The notes under the pieces: generated by a model
The model's database searches: none
Told to the model about the DNA's origin: nothing
Seen by the model: only the letters and a program-made list of their open reading frames with translations
Part shown: one piece after another, positions 1-8,666 of the stretch
Numbering within the stretch: the first letter of the stretch is position 1
Layout: each line of letters starts with the position of its first letter
Translations under genes and position numbers: made by a program
Assembly: GCA_044221725.1 (NCBI GenBank)
Contig: JBGAON010000004.1
Coordinates: forward strand, 275,557-339,556
DNA length: 64,000 nucleotides
Source: Elusimicrobiota bacterium
GTDB taxonomy: Bacteria; Elusimicrobiota; Elusimicrobia; F11
Direction of reading: 5' to 3'

Positions 1-223
1 TATATAGAAGGCCTTTTGAATCCAAGTAAACCTTCAGTCCGTGCTGTTCGACGACGTTGTCGCTCTTTTGCGGAGCATCCCAGTCCGGCTCAATCTTGTA
101 TTCCATGCCCGAGCATCCGCCGGAAATCACTCGGATGCGCAGCGCGCCTCCGGGTTTGCCGGTTTTCTCGAGCAGTTGTTTCGCCTTGGCGACCGCTCGT
201 TCGGTTAATGTTAAGTATGTCAT
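1..223 (-). CDS. HesB/IscA family A-type Fe-S carrier, 3' end runs off the window
   Basis: Not in the ORF track. Manual translation from ATG at 223 gives MTYLTLTERAVAKAKQLLEKTGKPGGALRIRVISGGCSGMEYKIEPD...GLKVYLD, with the LT.RA start and GGCSG motif. Confidence 0.9.
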   Translation of the reverse strand, partial: MTYLTLTERAVAKAKQLLEKTGKPGGALRIRVISGGCSGMEYKIEPDWDAPQKSDNVVEQHGLKVYLDSKGLLY

Positions 224-263
224 TTGCTAGTTCGTCGCCCTACCAGGATGACGCCAAAATGCG

Positions 264-590
264 TCAGGCCTCGAAGGAATTGCCGCAGCCGCAGGATTTT
301 TTGGCGTTTGGATTTTGGATCGCGAATCCTTCCGATCCGAAATCTTCTTTGTAGTCGATCGTCGATCCGCCGATGAGTTTGCTGGTGTTCGGATCGATCA
401 CCAATTTAAAACCCTCGTATGCTTGTTCCGTATCGTCAAACTTACCGTCGTCGAATTTAAAACCGTAGGAATAACCGGAACAACCACCCGCTTCAACGAA
501 CACGCGGAGAGGTTTGCCAGCCAGCGACTGGTCCTGCGCATAGAATTCTTTAATTTTGGTAATGGCCCGGTCTGTTAACGTAACATTCAT
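264..590 (-). CDS. HesB/IscA/ErpA family A-type Fe-S carrier
   Basis: GGCSGYSY and C-terminal NPNAKKSCGCGNSF motifs; SD AAGGAG upstream. Confidence 0.95.
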   Translation of the reverse strand: MNVTLTDRAITKIKEFYAQDQSLAGKPLRVFVEAGGCSGYSYGFKFDDGKFDDTEQAYEGFKLVIDPNTSKLIGGSTIDYKEDFGSEGFAIQNPNAKKSCGCGNSFEA

Positions 591-660
591 CTTTATCTCC
601 TTAATTCCTTGGTCCTTTCGAATCGGATCTCCGACGGAAAATCGGTTGTATTGTACCTAA

Positions 661-890
661 AATAAGAACAGGGTCACGTAGCGAAGGTTTCCGTGTTGCG
701 GCTCTTCGGAACGTGACCCTGTCCTCGTGTGGTCGCGGTAGGTCTATGCCCCCGACGGACGACACTTTAAAGATGGGAGGATGTGGGGGATTTTAATTGT
801 TGGTGACCCACGCTCGGTTAGGGTGACCTCGCCCAGCAATCCTCCCAAAATTTTCACTTGGACTGCTTTGTAAAAGATCGTCGGTACTGA
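661..890 (-). ncRNA. Candidate structured non-coding RNA or 5' leader, family unassigned
   Basis: Lies downstream of a sigma70-like promoter. Contains stems GGGAGGAT/ATCCTCCC (775-846) and ACAGGGTCACGT/ACGTGACCCTGT (about 668-722), the latter followed by TCTTATTTT on the minus strand. Confidence 0.4.
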
Positions 891-896
891 TACGCC

Positions 897-925
897 AGAG
901 TAGGGCCGCCCGACGGAGAAGTCAA
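897..925 (-). promoter_or_regulatory. Sigma70-like promoter, TTGACT-17 bp-TACTCT
   Basis: -35 at 925-920 and -10 at 902-897 with a 17-bp spacer, pointing toward the Fe-S carrier genes. Confidence 0.55.
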
Positions 926-970
926 GTGAATTTCCAGTGACAAAGAAGAGAATGCGATTTGAGGCGAGAA

Positions 971-1008
971 CACGGAGTGACTTGGAATGTAACTTCGGTC
1001 ACTCCGTG
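971..1008 (-). terminator. Hairpin just downstream of trxB, possible terminator
   Basis: Perfect 11-bp inverted repeat CACGGAGTGAC/GTCACTCCGTG about 20 nt after the trxB stop; the U-tail is weak. Confidence 0.45.
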
Positions 1009-1027
1009 CAGAATTTCGCGGAAAGAA

Positions 1028-1948
1028 TTAGTGGCCGAGCGATTCCAAGTAGCGTTCCGCGCTGATCGCTGCGGCGCAGCCAGAACCCGCTGCCGTGATG
1101 GCCTGACGGAACGTGCGGTCCACAACATCGCCGCACGCGAAAACGCCAGGGATATTTGTTTCTGTCTTGTCGTTCGTCGTGATGTATCCCTCGTTGTCGG
1201 TGTTGATCACGTCTTTAAACAACGCAGAATTGGGGATGTGACCGATGGCCAGAAACAAGCCGTCCACTTTCAGTTCGGAATGGTCGCCTGTGCGCGTGTC
1301 CTTTAATTTTAATCCGGCCACTTTCCCGTTACCGAGCACTTCTTCGATGGTTTTGTTGAGAGCCCATTGAATTTTCGGATTTTTGCGAGCCCGGTCTTCC
1401 ATAATTTTGGAGGCGCGGAATTCCTCGCGGCGATGCACAACGGTCACCTTGTTGGCGAAGCGGGTTAGAAACTGTGCTTCTTCCATGGCCGAGTCTCCCC
1501 CGCCAATGACCGCGACTTCTTTGCCTTTATAAAAGGCTCCGTCGCAGGTGGCGCAGCTGGTCACGCCTTTGCCCCACAATCTTTTTTCGGACTCAATGCC
1601 CAGTTTCCGCGGGCCCGCGCCCGTGGAGATGATGATCGCTCCCGCTTCTACGGTCGTGTCTTCGTAGGTGACTTTAAACGGATGTTTTGTGAGATCGACT
1701 TGGCTGACGTCTTTGTAAAGAATGTCGGCTCCAAACCGTTCCGCCTGTTTGCGCATGTTGTCCATAAGGTCGGGACCCAAGACGCCTTCGGGAAATCCCG
1801 GGAAATTCTCAACCTCGGTGGTGGTCATGAGCTGCCCGCCGGCAGCGTATCCAGCAAGCACAAGCGGCTTTAAATTCGCGCGGCCCGTGTAAATCGCCGC
1901 TGTGTAACCGGCCGGTCCGCCTCCAATGATGACGACTTTTCGATCCAT
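1028..1948 (-). CDS. trxB: Thioredoxin-disulfide reductase
   Basis: GGGPAGYTAA FAD motif, CATCDG redox site, GGGDSAMEEA NADPH motif. Confidence 0.97.
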   Translation of the reverse strand: MDRKVVIIGGGPAGYTAAIYTGRANLKPLVLAGYAAGGQLMTTTEVENFPGFPEGVLGPDLMDNMRKQAERFGADILYKDVSQVDLTKHPFKVTYEDTTVEAGAIIISTGAGPRKLGIESEKRLWGKGVTSCATCDGAFYKGKEVAVIGGGDSAMEEAQFLTRFANKVTVVHRREEFRASKIMEDRARKNPKIQWALNKTIEEVLGNGKVAGLKLKDTRTGDHSELKVDGLFLAIGHIPNSALFKDVINTDNEGYITTNDKTETNIPGVFACGDVVDRTFRQAITAAGSGCAAAISAERYLESLGH

Positions 1949-2051
1949 AAAATTCTCCCTTGTTGAACATGAAACACATGTCGGTAAGTTTTGGTTCCGC
2001 GAGGGGAACCTGGGGGCGGCATCCTACAAGTTTTCTGGCATAATTCGCCCC

Positions 2052-3353
2052 ATGAAAAATGCGCCTCATCTGACGCGCCCTGTTTGGGCTTGGGCCATGT
2101 ACGATTTTGCGAACTCGGCGTTCGCCACGTCGGTTCTTTCGGTCATCTTCAGTGTTTATTTCGCGAATGTGCTTGTGCCGCACGAAGGGATTTTGGTGGG
2201 GCCATGGCGAATTCCTGGCGAATCGTTGTGGGGATATTTGATTTCGTTTGTCATGTTCTTCGTGATTGTGCTCTCTCCCACGCTCGGTGCGCTGGCCGAT
2301 CAACAGCTTTTGAAACGGTTCCTCCTATTATTATGGGCGACAGTGGGGGCTTTTTGCACCATGGGACTCGTGTGGGCGGCGCCCGGTCGTTTGGCGCTAA
2401 CAATGGCGCTTGTCTTTTTTGCGGTGCTCGGATTTGAAATGAGTCTCGTGTTCTACAACGCGTTCCTGAAAGATATTGTGTCCGACGAAGCGGCCGGGCG
2501 TGTGTCGGGTTTGGGATTTGCACTGGGGTACATTGGTGGCGGGTTGTGTCTCGCGCTAAATATGGTGATGCTAAACCGACCCGAGATGTTTGGGTTTTCC
2601 GGCACGGACAAAACGCTGCCGGTGCGCGTCGGAATGATGGTCGTCGGGGGCTGGTGGTTCCTGTTCTCGATCCCAATATTTTTGTGGGTGAAAGATGCCG
2701 GCCATCGGACCGCGAGTCGATATAAACTCAACACCACATTACGGCAACTGAAAGAAACCTTTCGCTCGATGCTGAGCAACCGGCCCCTGGCCCGCTTTTT
2801 GCTCGCGTTTGTTATTTATGACGATGGTGTGCAGACGGTCATCCTCATGGCATCGATCTTCGGTGCGAAGGCGCTTGGCATGTCGACCGGCCAACTAGCG
2901 CTTTGTTTCCTCATGATTCAATTCGTGGCGTTTATCGGGGCGCTTGTTTGCGGACGATTGGCCGACAGTTGGAGTCACAAGAAAGTAATTCTCATTACAC
3001 TCGCGATTTATGTTGGCGTGATCTGCTGGGGCGTATTTATGACGAAGATTTATGAGTTCTGGATTCTTGGCGCGGTCGTCGGTCTCGTCTTGGGAGGAAC
3101 CCAGGCGGCGTCGCGATCCTTGTTCGCGCTGATGATTCCAGCGGACAAATCGAGTGAATATTTCGCGCTATTTTCGATTATTGGTAAAGCGGGTTCTTTT
3201 CTCGGGCCGCTGGTTTTCGGTGTGGTGTCCCAATTCTTTGGCCTGCGCGTGGGCGTGGGTTCCCTTATGATCTTTTTTCTCGTCGGTGGAGGAATTCTCT
3301 TCGGTGTTATAGAATCTCCGTCTTCCTATGGAAACAAACCCAAACATGTTTGA
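2052..3353 (+). CDS. MFS transporter, UMF1/Atg22-like
   Basis: WAMYDFANSAF start motif, about 12 hydrophobic segments, GGTQAASRSL. ATG 2052 chosen because the track start overlaps trxB. Confidence 0.88.
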   Translation: MKNAPHLTRPVWAWAMYDFANSAFATSVLSVIFSVYFANVLVPHEGILVGPWRIPGESLWGYLISFVMFFVIVLSPTLGALADQQLLKRFLLLLWATVGAFCTMGLVWAAPGRLALTMALVFFAVLGFEMSLVFYNAFLKDIVSDEAAGRVSGLGFALGYIGGGLCLALNMVMLNRPEMFGFSGTDKTLPVRVGMMVVGGWWFLFSIPIFLWVKDAGHRTASRYKLNTTLRQLKETFRSMLSNRPLARFLLAFVIYDDGVQTVILMASIFGAKALGMSTGQLALCFLMIQFVAFIGALVCGRLADSWSHKKVILITLAIYVGVICWGVFMTKIYEFWILGAVVGLVLGGTQAASRSLFALMIPADKSSEYFALFSIIGKAGSFLGPLVFGVVSQFFGLRVGVGSLMIFFLVGGGILFGVIESPSSYGNKPKHV

Positions 3354-5178
3354 TGTGATCGTTATTGGCGCGGGTCACGCGTCGATTGAGGCGGCGCTCG
3401 CGCCGGCGCGTATGGGATTGCGCGTTGCAATGATTACGATGGACAAAACCAAGATTGGGCAGATGTCCTGTAACCCCGCTATCGGCGGCATCGCGAAAGG
3501 CCAGGTCGTCCGCGAAGTTGATGCGCTCGGCGGGGAAATGGGCAAGGCGACGGATGTTGCCGGCATGCAATTTCGAATGTTGAACCGCGGCAAAGGACCC
3601 GCCGTTTGGAGTCCACGGGCGCAATGCGACCGCGCGTTGTATCGCGATGTGATGACGTCCACCGTAAATTCCCAACCCAATTTACGGGTGATTGAAGACG
3701 AAGCCGTGGATCTTATGACAGCGAACGGTCGCATCTCCGGCGTGGTCGGCAGAAGTGGAAACCGATACGCGTCGCGTGCGGTCGTGGTAGGCACCGGAAC
3801 ATTTTTGAAAGGCCTGCTTCATTGCGGGCTCGACCATGTGGACGGCGGGCGTCGCGGCGAGCCGCCGGCCGCTCATTTGTCGGATGCGTTTCGTCGGTTG
3901 GGATTTTCTGTGGGCCGCCTCAAAACGGGAACGCCGATGCGGCTCGATGGTCGAACGATTGATTACTCTCAGTGTGAAATTCAGCCCGGCGACGAACGTC
4001 CGCTGCCAATGTCGCACTTCACGCGCGTGTTGCCACAGAAACAGATTCCGTGCTGGCTCACGCACACGAATTCCGAAACGCACGACATCATTCGCAACAA
4101 TCTGGATCGTTCACCAATTTATTCTGGGAAAATTTCAACGACCGGCGTGCGTTATTGTCCTTCGATCGAAGATAAGATCGTCAAGTTTCCGCACCACGGG
4201 CGGCACCACATTTTTATTGAGCCCGAAGGATATTTCACCGATGAAGTGTATATCAACGGTCTCTTCACGAGTTTGCCGGGCGACGTTCAAGAGCGCGTCG
4301 TGCATTCCGTTCCGGGACTCGAACACGCAAAATTTGTTCGTTACGGATACGCGGTCGAATACGACTATTGCCCGCCAACACAATTGAAGCCAACGCTCGA
4401 AACGAAATTAATTCCAGGCCTTTATTTTGCTGGACAGATCAACGGGACGACCGGCTACGAAGAAGCGGCGGGTCAAGGGCTGATTGCCGGAATCAACGCC
4501 GGCCTCGCGCTTCAAGGCAAAGAGCCTTTTATTGTTGGACGTGACGAAGCCTACATTGGCGTGATGATCGATGATCTCGTTACGAAAGGTGTGGACGAGC
4601 CTTACCGACTGCTCACAAGCCGCGCCGAATATCGGATACATCTGCGTTGGGATAACGCGGATTTGCGGCTGATGGAAGCCGGTCAAAAGTTCGGTCTTAT
4701 TGATAAGGAAGCCTTTAAATCGTTTGAAGCGTATCGCGCGCGGGTGGAAGCCGCGCTTTCGAATCCAAACGTTTTGGGTTCGCCAATGAAACCTTTTTCT
4801 GGAATTGAAAACGAAGATTTCCGAAACGCCGACGAAATTGATCCGTTGACCACGTTTGATATCGAATTCGGCGCGTGGTCCGCGCATCACGAGGCTTATC
4901 AAGTCTGGGTGCAACACAAATACAGAGGTTACATGGACCGGCAAAACGCTGAGATTAATCGGTTCCAATCGATCGAGGCGAAACGCATTCCCGAAAATTT
5001 TGATTTCAAATCAATTCCGGGGCTGCTTTTAGAGGCGCGCGAGAAATTTCATCGTGTGAAACCGGTGTCTGTCGGGCAAGCCTCGCGCATCCCCGGTGTA
5101 ACGCCGGCGGACATCAGCATCCTTTTGGTTTTCTTAAAGAAATATCAGGCAAACGAAGGAGTAAAGAGTGCAAGCTGA
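3328..5178 (+). CDS. mnmG: tRNA U34 carboxymethylaminomethyl modification enzyme
   Basis: MSCNPAIGG, RLKTGTP, RYCPSIEDK and GQINGTTGYEEAA motifs. Confidence 0.97.
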   Translation: METNPNMFDVIVIGAGHASIEAALAPARMGLRVAMITMDKTKIGQMSCNPAIGGIAKGQVVREVDALGGEMGKATDVAGMQFRMLNRGKGPAVWSPRAQCDRALYRDVMTSTVNSQPNLRVIEDEAVDLMTANGRISGVVGRSGNRYASRAVVVGTGTFLKGLLHCGLDHVDGGRRGEPPAAHLSDAFRRLGFSVGRLKTGTPMRLDGRTIDYSQCEIQPGDERPLPMSHFTRVLPQKQIPCWLTHTNSETHDIIRNNLDRSPIYSGKISTTGVRYCPSIEDKIVKFPHHGRHHIFIEPEGYFTDEVYINGLFTSLPGDVQERVVHSVPGLEHAKFVRYGYAVEYDYCPPTQLKPTLETKLIPGLYFAGQINGTTGYEEAAGQGLIAGINAGLALQGKEPFIVGRDEAYIGVMIDDLVTKGVDEPYRLLTSRAEYRIHLRWDNADLRLMEAGQKFGLIDKEAFKSFEAYRARVEAALSNPNVLGSPMKPFSGIENEDFRNADEIDPLTTFDIEFGAWSAHHEAYQVWVQHKYRGYMDRQNAEINRFQSIEAKRIPENFDFKSIPGLLLEAREKFHRVKPVSVGQASRIPGVTPADISILLVFLKKYQANEGVKSAS

Positions 5179-5899
5179 CGATTGGTACGCGCCGCTGAAA
5201 AAAACGCTCGCTCGCTGGGAAGTGTCGCTTCCACCGGATGGTGAGGAGTATTTTCGAATTTACTTGCATGAACTTGCCGTTTGGAACGAAAAAATAAATC
5301 TCACGGCGCTTAAAGAGCCCAAGCACATCGCGCTGGGTCATTTCGCTGATTCGTTGGCTCCGATGATCATCGATAAAGTTTTTGAAATCAAACACGCGCA
5401 CGCCATTGACATCGGAACCGGCGCCGGATTTCCCGGATTGCCCCTTAAAATTGCAAATCCAGACTGGCGCATGTCGCTCGTGGATTCGATAGGAAAGAAA
5501 TGCGACTTCTTGCGCGCGGTTGTGGGCGCGATGGAATTGAACCGCGTCGAAGTCCATCAAAGGCGATCGGAAGAGCTTGGTTATGAAAAGGATCATCGCG
5601 AGAAATATGATTTTGCGTTCGCGCGTGCTCTTTCGAGCCTCTCAACGCTGATTGAATACGGACTGCCGTTTTTGAAAATTGGCGGTCTTTTAATTGCGCA
5701 TCGTGGCCGCACGGCCGCCGAAGAAGCGTCGCGCGTGAACGTCGCGCTCGAAGAACTTGGCGGAGAAATTTCGGAAGTGCGGCATTACGAGATTGCCGAA
5801 CTCGGTGGATCGCGCTCGCTCGTTGTTGTTAAAAAAGTGAAGCCGACATCGAAGCATTACCCACGCCGAACCGGAGTCGCGTCCAAACGACCGCTGTAA
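5168..5899 (+). CDS. rsmG: 16S rRNA m7G527 methyltransferase
   Basis: WNEKINLT, HFADSL, DIGTGAGFPG and YPRR motifs; follows mnmG as usual. Confidence 0.95.
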   Translation: MQADDWYAPLKKTLARWEVSLPPDGEEYFRIYLHELAVWNEKINLTALKEPKHIALGHFADSLAPMIIDKVFEIKHAHAIDIGTGAGFPGLPLKIANPDWRMSLVDSIGKKCDFLRAVVGAMELNRVEVHQRRSEELGYEKDHREKYDFAFARALSSLSTLIEYGLPFLKIGGLLIAHRGRTAAEEASRVNVALEELGGEISEVRHYEIAELGGSRSLVVVKKVKPTSKHYPRRTGVASKRPL

Positions 5900-6568
5900 G
5901 TGTTTCCGCTTCGCGATAGTGTCCCGTCCCGCCGTTTTCCGTTTGTTAATTACTTCTTAATTCTTTCCAACCTTTTTATCTTCGTCAAAGAAGTTCAGTT
6001 CGCGCAGGCCGGGACGCTCGATGCGCTGATGAAAAGCTACTCGCTTATTCCCGCGCATTTCATTAACGATCCGGTGGTTCACCTTCGCGAAGTTTTTACC
6101 GCGATGTTCCTTCACGGAAGTTGGGGGCACGTGATCGGCAATATGTGGTTCCTTTATATTTTCGGTGACAATGTGGAAGACAACCTTGGCCACGGGCGGT
6201 ATCTGTTTTATTACTTGCTCATGGGTGTTGGGGCCGCGATCGGCCAGATTGCCGCCGCCCCGCACAGCACGCTACCAATGATCGGAGCCTCCGGCGCCAT
6301 TGCCGGCGTTCTCGGTGGATACATTGTTCTTTATCCGCGCGCGCGCGTGCTCACGTTTTTTATTTTCGTGATCTTCGTTCGATTCATCGAAGTGCCCGCG
6401 TATTTGTTTCTCGGTTTATGGTTCGTGATGCAAGCATTGAACGGCGTCGGCTCGCTGACGGTGCAAGCCGCGCACGGAGAAATGGGTGGCGTCGCGTGGT
6501 GGGCCCATGCGGGCGGATTTCTCGCTGGCTTTGTTTTTATTCCATTTTTCAAACGCAAGAATTCATGA
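5900..6568 (+). CDS. Rhomboid intramembrane serine protease
   Basis: MFLHG.WGH..GNM, GASGAIAG (catalytic Ser) and AWWAHAGG (catalytic His). Confidence 0.93.
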   Translation: MFPLRDSVPSRRFPFVNYFLILSNLFIFVKEVQFAQAGTLDALMKSYSLIPAHFINDPVVHLREVFTAMFLHGSWGHVIGNMWFLYIFGDNVEDNLGHGRYLFYYLLMGVGAAIGQIAAAPHSTLPMIGASGAIAGVLGGYIVLYPRARVLTFFIFVIFVRFIEVPAYLFLGLWFVMQALNGVGSLTVQAAHGEMGGVAWWAHAGGFLAGFVFIPFFKRKNS

Positions 6569-8593
6569 CGGCTCGCTCGCCCATTCGTACCAGCCCAATT
6601 TTTGCGGAATAACAAGTGGGATGTCGTCCCACGGTGGAACGCTCGGATGAAAGTCGCTGATCGAATGGGTTTCGACGACCAGATTTGGTTTTAAGCGCTG
6701 CAGAAATTCTTCGCGCCAGCGCCAATTTCGGGGAAAATGCGATTGAATCAATTCGTAGCGCTTGTTCCGAGAAAGAAGCCAATCTTGAGTCTTCAGTCGA
6801 AGCGTTTCGGTAAGCAAGATTTTATTTTTGCCGTCCGAGAATTCGAGAAAGGCTGCGTTGCACGCAATAACAGTGCTCACGTTTACCCACCTGGTGAGCG
6901 ATTCAATACCGTCGGTTTGTTCTCTGTTCGGATTTGTGATGAAGACGGCATCGAGATGGTGAATCCCGTGCTGCGTAAGAAACGGCATCAGCGTTCGCTC
7001 GGTGCTGTCGTACGGTTCTTTCGACCCGGGGTTAATGAGAACATTCTTCCCATCGGCGGTTTCTACCAGCGTCGTTAGCCGTTTGCCATTGTCAATCCAC
7101 GTGACGCGCAAACCCTTCGGCTTTTGGTGCTTATAATGCCGTTGGATTATGCCAACGCCAACACAAAGGATTCCGAGCGTGCACAAGGTACGCGCGAAAG
7201 CCGATTTGCGAACGAACACGATCGATAAACAAGTGACGTAAAAACCAATCGTGGTCATCATGGACGGCGGTGAAACCCACAGGCTTGTCCCAAGCCGATC
7301 CGCAAAAAATTTTACGAGAGCAATAAGACAGGACGAATAAATTCTCGCGAGTGTAACGATCGCTGAAATTCCGTGACCGATAACCAACGCCAGGCCGATT
7401 GGTAATCCGATTCCTGAAAATGGAACAACAAAAATGTTGGATACGACGCTCACCGGAAAGAAACGTTGGAACGTGGCGGCCGTAATGGGAACCAGCCAAA
7501 TTTGAGCTGTAAGGGTCGTCGCAAGAAGCCGAAGAGGCCACCGCAACCACAAAGGAATGTTTTGCATAGCGGGTTCGAGTGGCGTAAGAAAATAGATGAG
7601 ACCAAACACCGTCACGAACGACATTTGAAATCCAATATCGAACAACGCGTGCGGATCGAACGTTAAGATAATAAGCGCCGTGAGCCCGAGCGCGTTGTAC
7701 GGTTGATCGTTCCGCACCAATAGAAACGAAAACACGCCGATGGTGCCCATGAGTCCGGCGCGCGCGATCGGCGCATCGGCACCGGCCAACAAAACATAGA
7801 TCCAAATGCACGGCAGCGTCAGCGTGACGGCGATCTTAAGCGGGATTCCCAACAAGCGAAAGAAAATTAAACACAGCGCCATCACAAACGCCACGTTCGA
7901 TCCCGACGCGACGAGCACATGCATGGTTCCGGATTCAATGAAGATTCGTTTGATTTCCGGGTTAAATCGTGGCCTGTTTCCAACGACGAGTCCGGACAAG
8001 ACCGTGGATTGATCGCTGTTTAAATATGTTTCAAAAATTCGAACGGACTTTTGCTTAAGACCCCAAGCGATTCGCTGGAGAGTGTTGTGTCCTGCGTCAC
8101 CAAGAACTTCCACGGATTTCGAGCTCGTGTAAATGACGGTTCGAATTCCTTTGTCAGCGAGATAGTCCGCATAATCAAATGCGCCGGGGGTAAGCGCGGC
8201 TTTTGGAAATTGCAATCGGCCAACGGCGCGGACGCGATCTCCCGGTGAAGCAATGGGTGCGGTCGATTTAAGAATCTGGAGCAGCAACGATCCTTGAAGA
8301 CAACGGCGTTCATGGTTTTCAAATGTCTCTACCGTTTCTGCGTTTATGAGATAAACGCATCCGTTTGGTCGCGCGTCCGGCTGCGCGGTTACAATGCCGG
8401 TCACCGCGCAACGTTGACCATTCCAATGCGAAGGGTCGTGCTCGTCAACGCGGTCCCATACGCCGATTCTTTTTGCGATAAAAATTCCCGTGCAGAATGC
8501 CACAAGAATCCACAGCACCGGCCGCCGAAAAAAATAAAGCTGCCGCCAATCCCAAATTTCGTTCCGCAGTTCGGACCAATAGTGTCGAAACAT
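6563..8593 (-). CDS. comEC: ComEC/Rec2 DNA uptake channel with degenerate metallo-beta-lactamase domain
   Basis: N-terminal OB-like region with PGAFDY, competence motif GTMHVLVASGSNV, GFQMSF, and a C-terminal MBL-like region. Confidence 0.9.
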   Translation of the reverse strand: MFRHYWSELRNEIWDWRQLYFFRRPVLWILVAFCTGIFIAKRIGVWDRVDEHDPSHWNGQRCAVTGIVTAQPDARPNGCVYLINAETVETFENHERRCLQGSLLLQILKSTAPIASPGDRVRAVGRLQFPKAALTPGAFDYADYLADKGIRTVIYTSSKSVEVLGDAGHNTLQRIAWGLKQKSVRIFETYLNSDQSTVLSGLVVGNRPRFNPEIKRIFIESGTMHVLVASGSNVAFVMALCLIFFRLLGIPLKIAVTLTLPCIWIYVLLAGADAPIARAGLMGTIGVFSFLLVRNDQPYNALGLTALIILTFDPHALFDIGFQMSFVTVFGLIYFLTPLEPAMQNIPLWLRWPLRLLATTLTAQIWLVPITAATFQRFFPVSVVSNIFVVPFSGIGLPIGLALVIGHGISAIVTLARIYSSCLIALVKFFADRLGTSLWVSPPSMMTTIGFYVTCLSIVFVRKSAFARTLCTLGILCVGVGIIQRHYKHQKPKGLRVTWIDNGKRLTTLVETADGKNVLINPGSKEPYDSTERTLMPFLTQHGIHHLDAVFITNPNREQTDGIESLTRWVNVSTVIACNAAFLEFSDGKNKILLTETLRLKTQDWLLSRNKRYELIQSHFPRNWRWREEFLQRLKPNLVVETHSISDFHPSVPPWDDIPLVIPQKLGWYEWASEPS

Positions 8594-8666
8594 GGCAACT
8601 CCAATAAGAGTTGGCCGAAGGGGTGACCAGAAGGGAAGCGAATCTTAATTAATTGCGATGAAAGAA

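Noticed and set aside
660..930. Glycine, c-di-GMP or ZTP riboswitch, SRP RNA or tRNA
   Set aside because: Only fragments such as CCGAAG match; the full consensus elements and a cloverleaf are missing. Kept as an unassigned RNA candidate.
3328..5899. Origin region implied by mnmG-rsmG
   Set aside because: No parAB, mnmE or AT-rich DnaA-box spacer is adjacent.
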